Shown: in pieces, positions 51,044 to 64,000 of the stretch | Layout: every line of letters begins with the position of its first letter | Numbering within the stretch: the stretch's first letter is position 1 | DNA from: Phoronis australis | Taxonomy: Eukaryota; Animalia; Phoronida | Direction: 5' to 3' | Assembly (NCBI GenBank): GCA_002633005.1 | Contig: NMRA01000704.1 | Location: 130,902-194,901 of the forward strand | DNA length: 64,000 nt | Notes under the pieces: generated by a model | Told to the model about the DNA's origin: nothing | The model's input: the letters and a program-made list of their open reading frames with translations, nothing else | Databases searched by the model: none | Translations under genes and position numbers: made by a program

Positions 51044-52619
51044 GTAAGTCTAGTCGGAAGTCGTCTGTCAAGTGTTTGATCCCCTAACGGCCGGGTGAGA
51101 TCACAAGTTGTGGAAACCTGAAGAGCTTGTCAATGTTTACTGTTTGTTGTTTAGATCGTCAATCTAATCACTTTTAAAACCAAAAATGCGGTTCCCATGC
51201 CAAATTTAGTGGTAGCAATTTCATTATTTTTCCGCTAAACTTGAAATTGGATCTTTTTTGCATTGTGACACAATTTTCCTGGTATTCCGAATTCCATCAA
51301 ACTTGAGTTACCGTGGTTTGTAGATTCAGTTAAGAGTAGTATAGTATCCTGCCAATAAGAGCGAAAAAAGTGCCGGTATACAGCCTGCAGTCAGAAAGAA
51401 TCCTTGTGGACATTACAGTTGGTGGAATTAATCTCGTTAATTTTTCTGAAATATTTACGTGTTTTCAAAACACGTAGGGACTCACTTAATGGTATTTTAC
51501 CGAAACAAGGTGGTTTTTCTCTCGCGCCCGTGTCCTGTTTATTGTATTTTTGTATTTATTTAATAGTGACAAATACAATTAATTCAAACAGTATTAGATA
51601 TAACACTCGTAAGAATGATAAGTACCCAGCCCAGCTGGGCTTATTAGTCACTTTGACCGCACAACTCAGATGTACCATCAATGCGATGGTTTCTAATATT
51701 TGATGAATTGCTTAGGGAAATACTGAAACAGCAGTTTTTACGTATCTAATCTTTCCAAATTTGCAAAGTTCTGGACTTGAGGTGAAACATTGTGAATTAG
51801 AATAGACCTCCGTGAGTTATAAAGAGAACAATAAAACACAAAATGTAGCTCATCCTCCACAGAGTCAGTATCACAACACAAGCAGTTTTTCATTTACAGG
51901 AGTGTTTACATAACGACCAGTTTCCAAGTGCAATGGGAGATTTCCCTTTCTAAACTGAGCCAAAGGAGATCGCTCGGAAGGAGATAAATTAAGCTTCATA
52001 CATTGTTCAGTTAAAAACTCGTAAAATATAGGTTCTTAACTTGGGCTTTGTTGCAACAGACTCAGCTAAACGTTTCGAGTATTCAATTAGTTTGTTTCTA
52101 GCATCTACAAATGGCCACACACGATTGCATGCCAATTATGATAAACAATTTTTGGTACCGCCTATCCAACAATTTCTACCAACAGAGTACTCCCATAAAA
52201 ATGTCTTTTGTAATAACCTATCATTACTTGTGGTCACCAATTTGTCCCAAAGACGCAAAGTATTCAATTTAAGTCTGTTTCTGGTCCAGTTTCACCCCCT
52301 TGTCACCACTAACACCATAAGTGGCTGCAAATCGCATAGCTGATATAAAAATTTTCATCATTACCAAAATTTTGTAACCCCAAACAGATGACCCGTAATC
52401 CAAAATTGATGCCACACACGAATTTTAATTATTTAAAAATAATGTCCTTGATTAATTGGTCAATAAATGACTGATACATTAAATCAAATTGGTACTGGTG
52501 TTTATAGGATAACAATAATAAATCCATTTCTTTATTAAATATCACTTTATTACTGATCTCTGCCTACTGAATTTTTAAAGAGTATTTCAATCTAAACGTC
52601 TATCGATAACAGGTGCACA

Positions 52620-53245
52620 TTTCTCACATTCCCTGGAATGTGTTACGACACGACTGGTTAATTACACCAAGTACTTAATTTTTTGATAATACATCGGCGA
52701 ATCACAAAGTAGTGCAAAGTAGAAATTCATACGCTTTACATTTTATCGTCTAAAAACACTAATACCAACAAAGAAACGCGCGCCAACCAAACAATGCTGG
52801 AATTCCGTAAATGTGACTAGATGACTAGGTTATGACTGACAAATTGGGTATCGCAACTGTATTCCCAGGTGGGAAGACATGCAAACAGCTTCTTAAACGG
52901 ACCCATCTTCGAATTCCATCGCCACGTTTTATCAAACGGAGACGAACCCCAACTCGAGACGCGCGGTGAGACTGTCTAGCTGTGTTGTCTCGGTCTCGAA
53001 CATTTGTTACAAAGGCTGAATGCAATTTGCAATTGTTTAGCTTAAAACAAAACTATTAACAAAAAGTAACTGAGTTTACTTTACATTGCTCAAGTTGCTT
53101 CATGTGGTTGAAATTTTAAACACGTCGAAATTTTCGAAAAATAAGATCGTTTTTACGGTTCACGTGAGAAAACAAATCCTGCACTAGTCTCAGGTTCATG
53201 ACATGGGCAAACCCTCTTTGAAATTTCGTCGAAATCCCGAGGCTT
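52620..53245 (-). repeat. Family B copy, uninterrupted
   Basis: Reverse complement of 27860-28510 joined directly to 29610-29679. Confidence 0.8.
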
Positions 53246-53300
53246 ATTCTCTACATGTTTTCACCAGACGAAGAGTTTTACAACTGTAAAACAAGAACAG

Positions 53301-53690
53301 GGCCCGGTCTCTAATCTTTGTACTCGAAACTATTTTTGGCAATTTCTCTGCTCCTTTTGTGCGAACTTAAGATAATTGGTTATCAGACTGTGCTCGAATA
53401 CATTATAGTTTATGCATAGGAGTTTCTAGTTCAAGTTTGCCCTTGAAGACCCTTATATTCGTGCTACAAACTCGAGTAAAAACTCCAAATTTCGAGTTCA
53501 AACTCGAACTTATTGCTTTAATATTAGGTTTACAAACTGTGAACTAAGGGCAATAAATTATATACGTAAGTTATTGTGTACTCGAGCATAGAGTAATAGA
53601 CACTTATCTTGAGTTCGCCCAAAAGTTGAGTAGAAAATGTCAAACCTAATTTCGAGTTCCATTTCGAGTAAAAATATTGGAGACCGGGCC
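53301..53690. mobile_element. PIF/Harbinger-like MITE
   Basis: TIRs ggcccggtctc...tactcgaaa / tttcgagta...gagaccgggcc; 3-bp TSD cag at 53298-53300 and 53691-53693. Confidence 0.8.
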
Positions 53691-53944
53691 CAGAATGATC
53701 TGGTGTTCTACATCTTAGACCAATCAATGCGTGGATACATAACATTTAAACAATATCATAAGTCTTAGTAAAAGAAAACGACATACAATTCTTCAAATTA
53801 TATTTTGGTCGGTTAAAATATAATCTGCTGCAGTATTTCCTCAACCCGAGACAGATGTAAAGCTGTTACATTCTGGAGTAATTGCCATTTAGCTAAATTC
53901 GAATCTTTCAATTAAAGTGTCACTAAATCGCTTGGTCTGGAAAT

Positions 53945-54462
53945 CTATGGCCTGTCTTGGTCAACTTTGAAAATGTCTTGAATGAAATCTATCTTGTTGC
54001 CTGTAATTGCGTTAAAGTCTCCACAGATAAAGAAATTGCTAAAATCACTGAAGTTGTACAATTGATTGATTAGATGAGAATAAATGTCATCAATGTTCTT
54101 GCTTCTGTTTGAACCCTCGGGAGGAATGTTGCATGTATAAATTACAACACAATCTTCAGACATAATGCTTTTAAACTTTACGCCTAGAATGCAACCATCA
54201 AAGAATTTATCAATAACCCTTATATCAAACATACTGTGTTTTATAAGAATAGCAACACCCCCATAATGTTTGGGAGCGCTAATGTGTAAATTTTCACTGT
54301 TGCAACCAATATATCGATATCTTTCAACTTGAATGATATCGTTAAATCATAAATGTGTCTCATTCAGAGAAACAACATCACAGCCAAAATGGTAAATTGC
54401 TAGTTTTCGCAGAACATTATTGTGAGCCGAGCACCCATTGACATTCCAATGAGCTATGGGGA
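53945..54462 (-). mobile_element. LINE AP-endonuclease domain fragment
   Basis: IAHWNVNG, DVVSLNETHL*, GGVAILIK, YTCNIPP, FICGDFNA in one frame with a single stop at 54347-54349; no RT follows. Confidence 0.88.
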
Positions 54463-55091
54463 ATTCGAGCCAACTGTGCAGGGCGTCCGTCCTATTCAGC
54501 TTCGCTAGTAGTAGACGATATGCTATAAAACTGTTTGGCTGTCGTGTGTCTGATATTTTGGCATACTGTAGGAAAGAAAATCGGTTGTCAATGGTCTTCC
54601 ATGAGAGGGACGCTTCATAAATTTCAAATTGTACAACAGATCCCACTGGTGGTCCATATTGAAACAACGCAGACATTTAAGTTCAAGCGGCTGTAAACCA
54701 GCGCTCCCCCCAAAAGCGATTTTTGTGAAGAACAGCGAGTAAACTCAGTTTCAACTTTTATTCGTACTCAGATGATACTTGATTTCTGTTTCCAAAGAGG
54801 TGACAGTTGACGTTATACCGTTAGATGATGCTCAGAATATAAAGTGACTCGCCGTGACAAGCCACCTCGGCCGGGGGAGCCTGTCCTAAAGCAATGGCAA
54901 AGTCCTGAAATCTTCTCCAGTTTGACCAATGAAAATTGTCACCTACTCCATAACAGGAGACGATCTAAATCAGAAGACGTTTCTTTGTGATGAAAGGGGC
55001 ACTAGATTCACTGAACTTTTAGATATTTCAAAATCAACCCACGTGAGTATTTGCGACGTTCTATAGCTTTCTTGTGTTTGATTATCAATAG

Positions 55092-55383
55092 GCATGATGT
55101 CGGTTTCTCGTGGGATTTTTGCAAGGGTGAAGCTGTTCTCTACCTAGATGGTGAAATTTGCAAGACTTCCACGACGACCTACCCAGACCACCGATTACAA
55201 GACAACAACCAAACTTTCTTAACAATTGGCTTCAACCCTACTGATTCGGAAGGCTTTTTTACTGGCTCTATTCGCCACGTGTGCATTGGTCGAGGGGCTC
55301 ACATGCCGACAAAGACCAACACATGTGCGTTCTACTCCATAGACGAACTCGAGCGCATTTCAGATGACGTTTCATCATTGTAA
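55092..55383 (+). CDS. Host gene exon 6 (LamG-like domain end, stop codon)
   Basis: aatag acceptor, phase 2; (W)HDVGFSWDFCKGEAVLYLDGE...LTIGFNPTDSEGFFTGSIRHVCI, the typical LamG_3/pentraxin-like WhhV..tWd.....lYlDG...l.IG......F.G.I pattern; TAA at 55381-55383. Confidence 0.85.
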
Positions 55384-57199
55384 TCGTTGTAAACGAGTAG
55401 CTACGAGTTGAGCTGTCTGCCTCAAGCGAACGATAGTTGCGCTGAGGGCTCACGTCAAGATATGGAAATACTAATAATAATGTGCTAGCCGCTAGTGTAT
55501 GCAATTTCTTTCGCTCTGACGTGAGCTGTTAGCTGCAGTTAATATTGACGCTTCAAGCACGTAGCTCAAGATCAGTGCGTCTGTGACGTAGCTCTCCAAT
55601 TCTGCGTTTGCCCAAATTGTCGTCCTTCTGTCGTCACGTATTTTGTTTGTAAACCAACATGATTGAACCTTGAATGTTGTTTACGTAGTTTTTATGACCC
55701 CAAAACAAAGTTGTAGTCGTAAAGTCAGTATTTCGGCTGTCATTCATCCGTCCTTCGTTACCTCTGATTGGCCGTTATGATCTCAAGACAAGTTTTGATG
55801 AAAGTTGACAAATAGGTACGAAATGTAAATGTGCCGATATCGGTCGACTTGCGTCTGTGTATATAGCGACATATAGCATGGACGGCGTTTAACTGAAATA
55901 AGTGGGGGATATAGCCCCCCAGCTCCCATGGTGCGCTGCCCGTGATCACTTGGACAGTGCAGCACTGAAATAAGTGGGGGTATAGCCCCCCAGCCCCCCT
56001 ATGGTGAGCCGCCCATGTATATTCGTTATTACATTAAACTTTCGTTACACGCCATCTTGTCTTGTTTTGTGTGAATCCACTAGATGGATTACGATAACTT
56101 AAGGAATCCAATACCGACCTAATATCTACAGTCTAAATGTAAAACATTTCTCAGGAAAGTGGTGTACATCAGGCGTATCCTCAGTTGCTGACCTCCCTGA
56201 TAAGATGGCACCACACGCCTGTAAACAATGACAATTTTTTTCAAGATTCGCTGTGAGATGCCATTATTTACAAAATTCTCCAAGCACTTTAGAGCCATTC
56301 CACGAGAAATTCAAAAGAAATAAAAAATGACTATAGGAGTAATCTTTCCGATTCAACTTAAAATTTGTGTAGGTGATTGTACTATGGCTCACCAATTTTG
56401 CACTTATTGACCTCGTTAGTTTTTTACCTATAGGCCTTCAATGGTTTGCGAAGAAAGTGACATGCATTTGCATACCGAAAACAGCAATTTCCCATTATAA
56501 GGTAGGTTGCATGCCATGAGAGAAAATATATAATGGGATTAGGAAGTGAGGCACGAGGACTACCAAATAATTCCATCACGTGACAGAACAGTAGGAGAGT
56601 TGGCTTTAAATAGGCGAGGTAATGTTCAAGTAGGTCTTGATTCTCGTCCAGTTTCTGATGATACTCCTCTCCCTAGAAGGCATTAGTCTATAAAACTTAG
56701 GTAATGCTACATGTATTTCACACAAACCATGAATGAGCTGGGCGATTACACTGTTGTTTTTAGAAATTTTTGTATGCTGAATTTTCTTTTTTGAAAACTT
56801 CTATGTTAACGTTGCATTTTTTTTCTATTCTATTGTCATGTATTCCTTGGTAAAGTTTGCACGAAGATTTTGGAAATCGGTGATTGATTTTCTACGTGGA
56901 TTATTCTTTTTTATTGAGTTGAAGTCTGTAATTGTGCCTAGAATAGTAACAAGGGCTTGAATTCACAACTTTTGTTGATAAATGGCTACATGTTATTTGG
57001 AAGTTGTGGTATATCAGCCCTTTGATTGTTTACACTTAAATATAACACGATAATTTAGTTTCCGAACTTTCTGTGCAGTCTCTGTGGATGTCCTCGAGCA
57101 TTTGGTTGTTGTTTTTTGTAGGCAATAAAGTATTGTACTCTGTGGTATTAACTTTGAATTTTAGAATGAAAATGAAAGCGAAGAAATGAATAGCTACAT

Positions 57200-58500
57200 G
57201 TCTTTTTCTCAAAGATTCTTGACGAAGCCTGGAAGCCAAATGTGACTTGATTGCATTATTGTTTGTCTCATGTAAAACTACCGAGTTTCAAATAGGTCTC
57301 ACTACAGGCAAGTTCCTTCGAGAATTAGACCCCAGGATGTCACATTGTTTTCATCTCGCCAGAACATTTTTCTGACGTTCTCAACATGAAAAGAATATGC
57401 AGTTAGACAGTGTATTACAGTCAGAAGCATATACAGTATTAAAACAAATGTAGTCAAGAAAATCTGGCATCAGAATAAAGGAACTGAAAATGTTCGGTCA
57501 CAATTATGAATTCATTTCCTTCAGAGATTTATGGAAAGAATTGCCACATTCCTCTCTTTTCGTTATTCTTTCTCAACAGCTTGGAAACAGCGAATCCTCT
57601 AACAGTCAAGAAAATCTCGCCGAGCTTCTCTCGCTGATTTTTCACGGCACAATTTAGTTTATGTAAGTTTGACTTTTTTTGAGATTAGAAGTGTCGACCA
57701 TGGATCGCGCCACAACCTCATGACATTGAATCAAATGAAAACAATCAGGTGACGGAGCCTTCAATCCTCTGCTAACTCGCATGATCCATTCTGTGTGTGG
57801 ATACTCTTTCTCAATGTCTTTGCATGTTAGATACTCACAAAGTGATGTCATGTCCTCCCTCATGTGTTTTGGTGCCTTTTGGGGTGATACTTTTAACATA
57901 TAACCAGCAATGTAACTCGGTACAAGAATGTCATCTTCAGTCAATGCATCAGTGTTTTTCTTGCTCTTTTCTTGTGTGTTTTTCTTCAAAAGCTCAATGA
58001 CGTCCTCCAATAACTGGAAGAGGAACACTTGGGTACATGTAAATTGTTGTTCATACTTCGAGTTTACACCAGTATGAGTGAGAAAACCAGGATCATGCCT
58101 CAGATCATGAAACCCGAGCATTCCTTCTACTGTTGCGCTACATAACGCTGGGGACAGCACGGCAGCAAATTTCGAAATTAAATTCTGAAACTTCGCATTG
58201 TTGTCTTAACCTTCGAGCTGAACTTGTTTGGCGATGAGGACAATCTTTCCCTTGAACTGAGGCTGGACTGTTTCTAAAGGGGCAGTGCACAATCTTGCGT
58301 AATGATATGTGTATAACATGCGCAACTGTCTCCGTAAAATCTCCACAACGAATGGCTGCTTCAACATTTTCTTTCCGAAGTGAATGTCTTCGGTTGTTGT
58401 GTGCTGCAAATGTAAAATGAATACATTAATGGAGCAAAGTACACCACACGACTGAGGTTGTACATTGACACCTAAATTTGCTGAATCCGGTTCTAGTCCC
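57200..58500 (-). pseudogene. Degenerate transposon-associated ORF, P-element transposase C-terminal-like
   Basis: SYIAGYMLK...LCEYL...WIMRVSRGLKAPS...CHE resembles the YIAGY...RGGL..PS motif; broken frames, no catalytic core seen. Confidence 0.4.
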
Positions 58501-60513
58501 ACGGAGACGTGAATAGTAATAGACGCTCGCGAGAAAAGGTAGTGTATTCACCTGCTGTGGCTGTAGAACATGACGATGTCTCGTGAGGACTTCCTGATCT
58601 CGCTTTTATTGGTGAAGGGTCTGTCGATAACCAACTACATGTATGCGGAAACCACGTGAAAGACAGTCTTGAAGACTTCTCATTTTGAGCTATTAAAATG
58701 TGTAATAGTGATTTATTAACATTTATGTATTGCAATTTTACGTGCTCCTAAAGTTCATTATTCCCGCTGCTAGTGGCATTTTTCTACTGTGCACTTTTGT
58801 TCGTTGCTCACTGAAACAAAAACAGACGCGGCCTCGGTGCAAAACCAAATCTGATGTTTTTATGTTGCATTTTAATTACTTTGACCCATTTTTAGTAGAT
58901 ATTATTGATTGTATTTCCTAGGGGACTGTTGATAGGTTTTTAGCTAAATTAAACGCTGTATAATATTGACAAATTTTTGGTGACGTATAAGCCGTCATTT
59001 TACCTGGCGTGCGTTCCGGAGACGAGGGATACGCAAGATCACACAGGACGCAAACATCTCGCGAAGGAAACTATTGTGACCACGTACTTTACTAGAATTA
59101 CATTGCGAAATCTCGTGAAGTGTGACGTTTTCGGGAGATTCTCGCTCCCTACGGAATGCACGTCTGGTTTATGCACCGATGGCTTGTCCTTTTTACTGTA
59201 ACACTATTAAAATAGTCAAGGGACGAGTCTCATTATAATTATGCCATTTTAATACAGGGTGCAAATATACTTAGAAAAAATCTGTAGGGAGTGTAATTAT
59301 GCTAATGCGTGGAAACTTGTTTGCATTCGTTTGTGCGGTGTTGTTTCTTGTATGGTTTAGGGTAGTCTTTTGTTTTGTACACGTATGTTTACGAATACTT
59401 TGAAGCTTGCATGTTCTCTTGGTCTTAGTTTTAATAAATCTCGCAATATAAACGCGTTAGGTAAGCGGGTTTGCATTTGTTATGTCCGCAATTATTACCA
59501 GAGCGCTGGCATAGAAGAGAGAGAAGTTCAATCCATCATTGAGTCATTGACCCGATGTCTCCAACTCACGTGGGAATTCACTAAACACTATAAACTTCCA
59601 GCAAAGGTTTACCGATGAAAATTTCGACTCACGGTGATCAGGCCGCTGTTTTATGCTTCGATTTTCCCTAATTATATGCTTAGCGTATTATGACGTCAAA
59701 GCACACATGGCAACAAGATAGCGCCGCGATGAAATTGAGTTCGTATATGTATTGGATAAATAGACCTGTTTGGGACATTTCCCGATGAAACGAATTCTCG
59801 ATACCCGATTCCTATGTTTGTGTAATAACCTATATATGTACAATAATATACTCCTCATTCGGACTGTCAATTTTTTTTGGGAAAGACAGAACATTGCTGC
59901 TAAAAACTTTGCCTGTAGTTAGATTATTGGACTAAGTCGACGTTGACATCACTAGTACAGTATGAAAATGAGTAAAGTATTTCCGCATACAGTTTCAAAC
60001 ACGTTTATGTGGACTTACGTTTTGAAGTCATTGAATAAATAATTTGTCAATTATTTTCTCTTCATTGTACTACGCTATTAGATGGGTAGAAACACCACGA
60101 TATGGCGCAGCAGCCGCAGCGGTACCGACGGACTGCCGGTGATAGCGGGAACAAAGCGTACTCGATCAATTGTTCCGAAAAATTTGAACTCCCAAATTTG
60201 GAATCCTGTGTAAATCCCGCGCTGTCAAGTTCATTGTCATGTATATGTATGCCTGAACTAAAATGAAATGTTTACGCAATTGTTTTCACAAAATGTATTC
60301 CATTTTGGTTTTGTAAATTGTTGTTAGTCTTGATACTATATAAGATAAGAAAGGATGACGGACGAGCTTGAACAGTGATTTTATCACACAGCCTTTTGAT
60401 TGTTGTACTTCGTAGCAGAACGCCTGACAACTAATATGTTCAGAGTGATAGGATTAATAAAATATTTGTAAATTCGTAATTGTTGTTCTTTTATTCTTCC
60501 TTTGTCACTAGTT

Positions 60514-61925
60514 CATGGGCGCACCCAGGAGGACTCGAACGAGCCCCCCCCCCCCCCCNCCCCCCCCCAATTTGGCGAATTGGGCAAAAAAGTCCACTTA
60601 GTGAAACAAAAAGTCCGAATAAACGAGACAAAAGTCCACAGGAATTCGGCTCGGATGCACGGGCAGGCCTGAACCTGATGGCCCTTTTTTAGTCCTTGAA
60701 TTTTTTCAGTAAAACGTCCGCGCATCGGGAGAATAGCTCACTTGCGAGTTTCTCGTTAGTCAATGTGACGTAACCGGAAAAGGGGCAAAACCCGCCATAT
60801 TGCTCTTGTTTTGCCCCAAGTCTTTGCTACACACGCTAAATCTTACTGGAGTTGTTACGGTGTATTTTACGCTTAAAACGTTAACAGACTTAAGAGATGG
60901 TACATGGATCGTGGAATAACTGTGAATGGACGAAGAAAATGTGAACTTGTTATGTTGTGCGAAGGTGTGAACGGACTGAAATAGAAACTCGACCCGGCCG
61001 GTCTTGGTCTGAATTCCGCAGGCATACAGGAGCAATAGTGTATCCCCATAAAAATTTACTCATTTCAAAATCCAGCAAGTAAAATCAAATGAAACATGCA
61101 TATGTACACATGGAGTTATAATTAACACATACCCTGACTCTGCCAGGATATAATTTAGTCTACAAATAGCTTGAACATATGCATGAAAACCTCGCGATTC
61201 GCTCGAGTTTCTCTCACTGGGCGCCATTTTGAGGAAGTTACGTCAAATCACGCCTGTTGACGAACAAAAAGTCCAAGGGACACAAGTCTTACAAATTTCA
61301 CTTGATATTATCTCATGCTATTTTGCAAGTTTCACGCGCCAGGTCACGCGCCAAGTCTCGCGCTAGGCTCAGTCTCGCGCTAGCCTTTGCCTCATACTCA
61401 CCTGACTCGGTTGAAATACTTTGTGGTTATCGCGCGCGCGGTCATAGTTAACAGTAACCACAAAGAGGAGTTGGAATTCTTCACCAAATTCACCTGAATT
61501 CCCGTAGCTATGGTTCATCGAAGATATGTTTTGAAGCAGAAAGAATCACTGAAGAAAGTAAGTTCAGTTTTAGGTAATAATTTTAGGTGTAGAATTTATT
61601 TTTTACGAATTTTCGCCTACCGCCCGTTTAAAATACACGGGACGAAATTAGCACAGAACGCGATAGAACGTATTATAGTGCGAATCTGAATTTCATTTGC
61701 CATAACAGCAATGCTTGTTTGGCATTTTTCGAACTAAACGGCTAAAAACTCGAAGAAAATAACAGAATACACTGTGCTACCGTATTGGGCAAACGGCCAA
61801 ACGACAAGCTTTTGCCCCACTTCCCGTGACGTCACAGTTAAGTCTCACCTAATCTCGCGTTATTAGTATATAACTCGCAAAAGAACTATTCGAGCCCCCT
61901 ATATTTTAGGGTGGGTGCGCGCACG
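60514..61925 (+). mobile_element. Family D TIR element
   Basis: catgggcgcacccagg...gggtgcgcgcacg; flanks tagtt/tagta (4 of 5 match). Confidence 0.6.
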
Positions 61926-61926
61926 T

Positions 61927-62515
61927 AGTATTGTAAGTTGTTTAGGCGCCCTGTTTGAACGGGACCTCGGTCAAAGATCATAGACTAAAGGTGAACGGTC
62001 AAAGGTCACATGTGTTGAATGCAACTGGAAGGAGCATCATATGCCAACTGGACAGAAGTGACGATGACGCCACAGGTCATTACGTAATAAGATTAACTGG
62101 ACCTGTTAGAGTGGGACCTTGATCCAAGTTCAAGGTCATGCGTGTAACCGGAGAACGTCGGCAAGGCGGAAGGAAAACGATATCGAATAAGAACTCACGT
62201 GACTGCTGACGTCATCAGGTAGGTTCGAGCGTGGCACCGTCCACCACCCGGATGTTATAAAATGAATACATGGAGTTTGTAGAGCTCAAATGATCGAGAG
62301 TGGAAACAAAATAGGGATTATGGTGCGTACTGAATAAGAGCAAAAAGTTGATTCCCTTATTTTGCGTGCGCCACGTGTCGTCGTTGATTACCCCCTTTGT
62401 TCTCTCTTATCTCAACCAACATGTCGCGTATAACCCGTGAAAGATGATAAGCAGATAATGAAACCATCTAAATCAACAACAGATGTCGCGTATAGCCCAC
62501 GAAAGGTACTAATAA
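61927..62515 (+). repeat. Solo diverged Polinton terminus
   Basis: Collinear with 38378-38945: agtattgt start, cggtcaaag, aaggtca, gcaac.ggaag, accttgatccaag.tcaaggtcat.cgtgtaaccg, gtgactg.tgacgtcatcaggta, gatcgagag, ctgaataaga, gtgtcgtc, gtcgcgtataacc, ggtactaa. Confidence 0.8.
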
Positions 62516-63335
62516 CAGAGACCGTAGAGAGGGAGACGTTTCACCTAGCGAAATCCTATTGGACGGCCACTGGCGGCCATTGTTGTTCCATGGACCGTAG
62601 AGACGTCTAGCGGGTGTGTGTGGGAAAAAAGGAATATGGCTGATACTCGTGGTCAGTGGTTACAGAGACAAGATATTTTATCTGATCATGTCGTTCATAT
62701 AGATTTCCCATAGTGAATACCTCTGAGGGTAGTGCTGTGTCAAGTAACTTCAAAACAAGATATGCCGGCTGCAGTCCCTAAAAAGAGGATCAGAGGAGCT
62801 TTTTGCGCTGCAGAAAAACCGGGACTTGCACTCCCCACTGATAAAGACAGGTGAGATATACGAGTGATACAAAGAATTCTTTTTGTGAAAATGCTGCCTG
62901 TCAACCATTGATGTTGGCAGAGTGTTTTGATCTTGTCTTACCTTTAAGTTTCAACGTTTTATTTGATTACTCAAAGCAAAATTGTGGTAATCCGTTACAT
63001 ATGGCCGGGATGATGGGTACTAAGTACTTGATTTTAGAGCCAGTTACTCCCAATGAATTACGCCCGTTATTCAGTGGTAGTAACTGGTTCTCAAATGAAT
63101 TTTGAGTGAGGGACCCACCTATCAAACTATAACCGAAATTGTCCTGCATGTGTTTCATGACTTAGGGCCTCCTGATAACTTGTGTTTCTATTCTATGATT
63201 GGATCTAAACTGTAATTTCTTTCACTTCTTCAATTCACTGTAGTGTTTATACATTCAGATCCAAGAGATAGATGATAAACATCAAGCGTGAGGACCTGCT
63301 AAGGAGAAATGCTGTGATATTAATTTGTTCCAGTA

Positions 63336-63491
63336 CAGTGTTGTAGTGGTAAAATTAGAGGCAAGTAGCCGCCTAAAGCCCACCATATCTCATTGAGCAC
63401 TGAACGTAACGTACGGTGCGTAGGCGCTACTTTCAAATGCCAAAAGGTGGTTGGCTGCGCCTACGTGCACCTACGCCCCACTACAGCACTG
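63336..63491. mobile_element. hAT-like MITE
   Basis: TIRs cagtgttgtagtgg / ccactacagcactg; 8-bp flanks ttccagta / gtccagta (7 of 8 match). Confidence 0.75.
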
Positions 63492-64000
63492 GTCCAGTAG
63501 ACTAGTATAGGTTTAGTTAGGTCTTTACTGTGATGGGCATTCATTGTACTTTGAAGGACCTATAGTCCGAAGGGTCATTACTTGGAAAATATATCAATCA
63601 GGTGTTATTCCAAAGCAACATGACTCCGAAAGGTTATTACTTAGCTGCAATAATGGGAAAGAGTGAGTGACGCTGCATAGAGAATATTGCTGATGCCACA
63701 TATTTTTCCTGCATGTTGTATTTGTTATAATATAAATGATATTTTTCCAGCCAATAGATCACAGGTACGCCACGAGTGAGCCCAGTGAAACACCCCCATC
63801 TGCTGAGCACCATGCAGTGCTGCTTTAGTAAAGCTCTTAGGTGAGGTAATAGAACATAATTGATAATGACCACGATTTCATCCTCCATGACTGATGGTTT
63901 TGTTATACCTATTGTATTGCTACCTTAAAGGCCTATGGTCCGAGTTATAGAAGAAAAAAACCTCTTAACGCCGTTTAAGCCGGTTTTTTTATCTGACATG

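Noticed and set aside
55023-55042. 20-nt candidate micro-exon with GTGAGT donor
   Set aside because: Incompatible with the phase-2 junction 51043-55092 that restores the conserved Trp.
38378-62515. One 24-kb element bounded by the two terminus copies
   Set aside because: The copies are direct, not inverted, clearly diverged, and enclose host exons 5 and 6.

Overview
AT-rich, repeat-dense animal genomic DNA, probably a marine invertebrate (inference), with spliceosomal introns and assembly gaps. It is not prokaryotic, and most short ORFs in the track are noise. (1) A six-exon host gene on the + strand (26742-55383), assembled by hand with phase-compatible GT-AG junctions, encodes a ~325-aa secreted protein: signal peptide + PAN/Apple domain + LamG/concanavalin-A-like domain. 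(2) Its 15-kb fourth intron holds a ~10-kb decayed Polinton/Maverick (adintovirus-like endogenous virus, ~38378-48130). It retains an AGT-starting terminus, a protein-primed PolB with a Vsr-like nuclease insert, an integrase with chromodomain, a small 2-TM protein, minor capsid, a core-like protein, major capsid and an adenain-type protease. The packaging ATPase and the right terminal repeat are missing. (3) A second, diverged copy of the Polinton terminus lies in direct orientation at ~61927-62515. (4) Other repeats: four-level nested hairpin-ended non-autonomous elements, MITEs with visible TSDs, Tx1/L1 and AP-endonuclease LINE fragments, a P2X7-ballast/KolX-like fragment and a P-element C-terminal-like relic. 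All domain calls come from motif recognition by eye; no searches were run.
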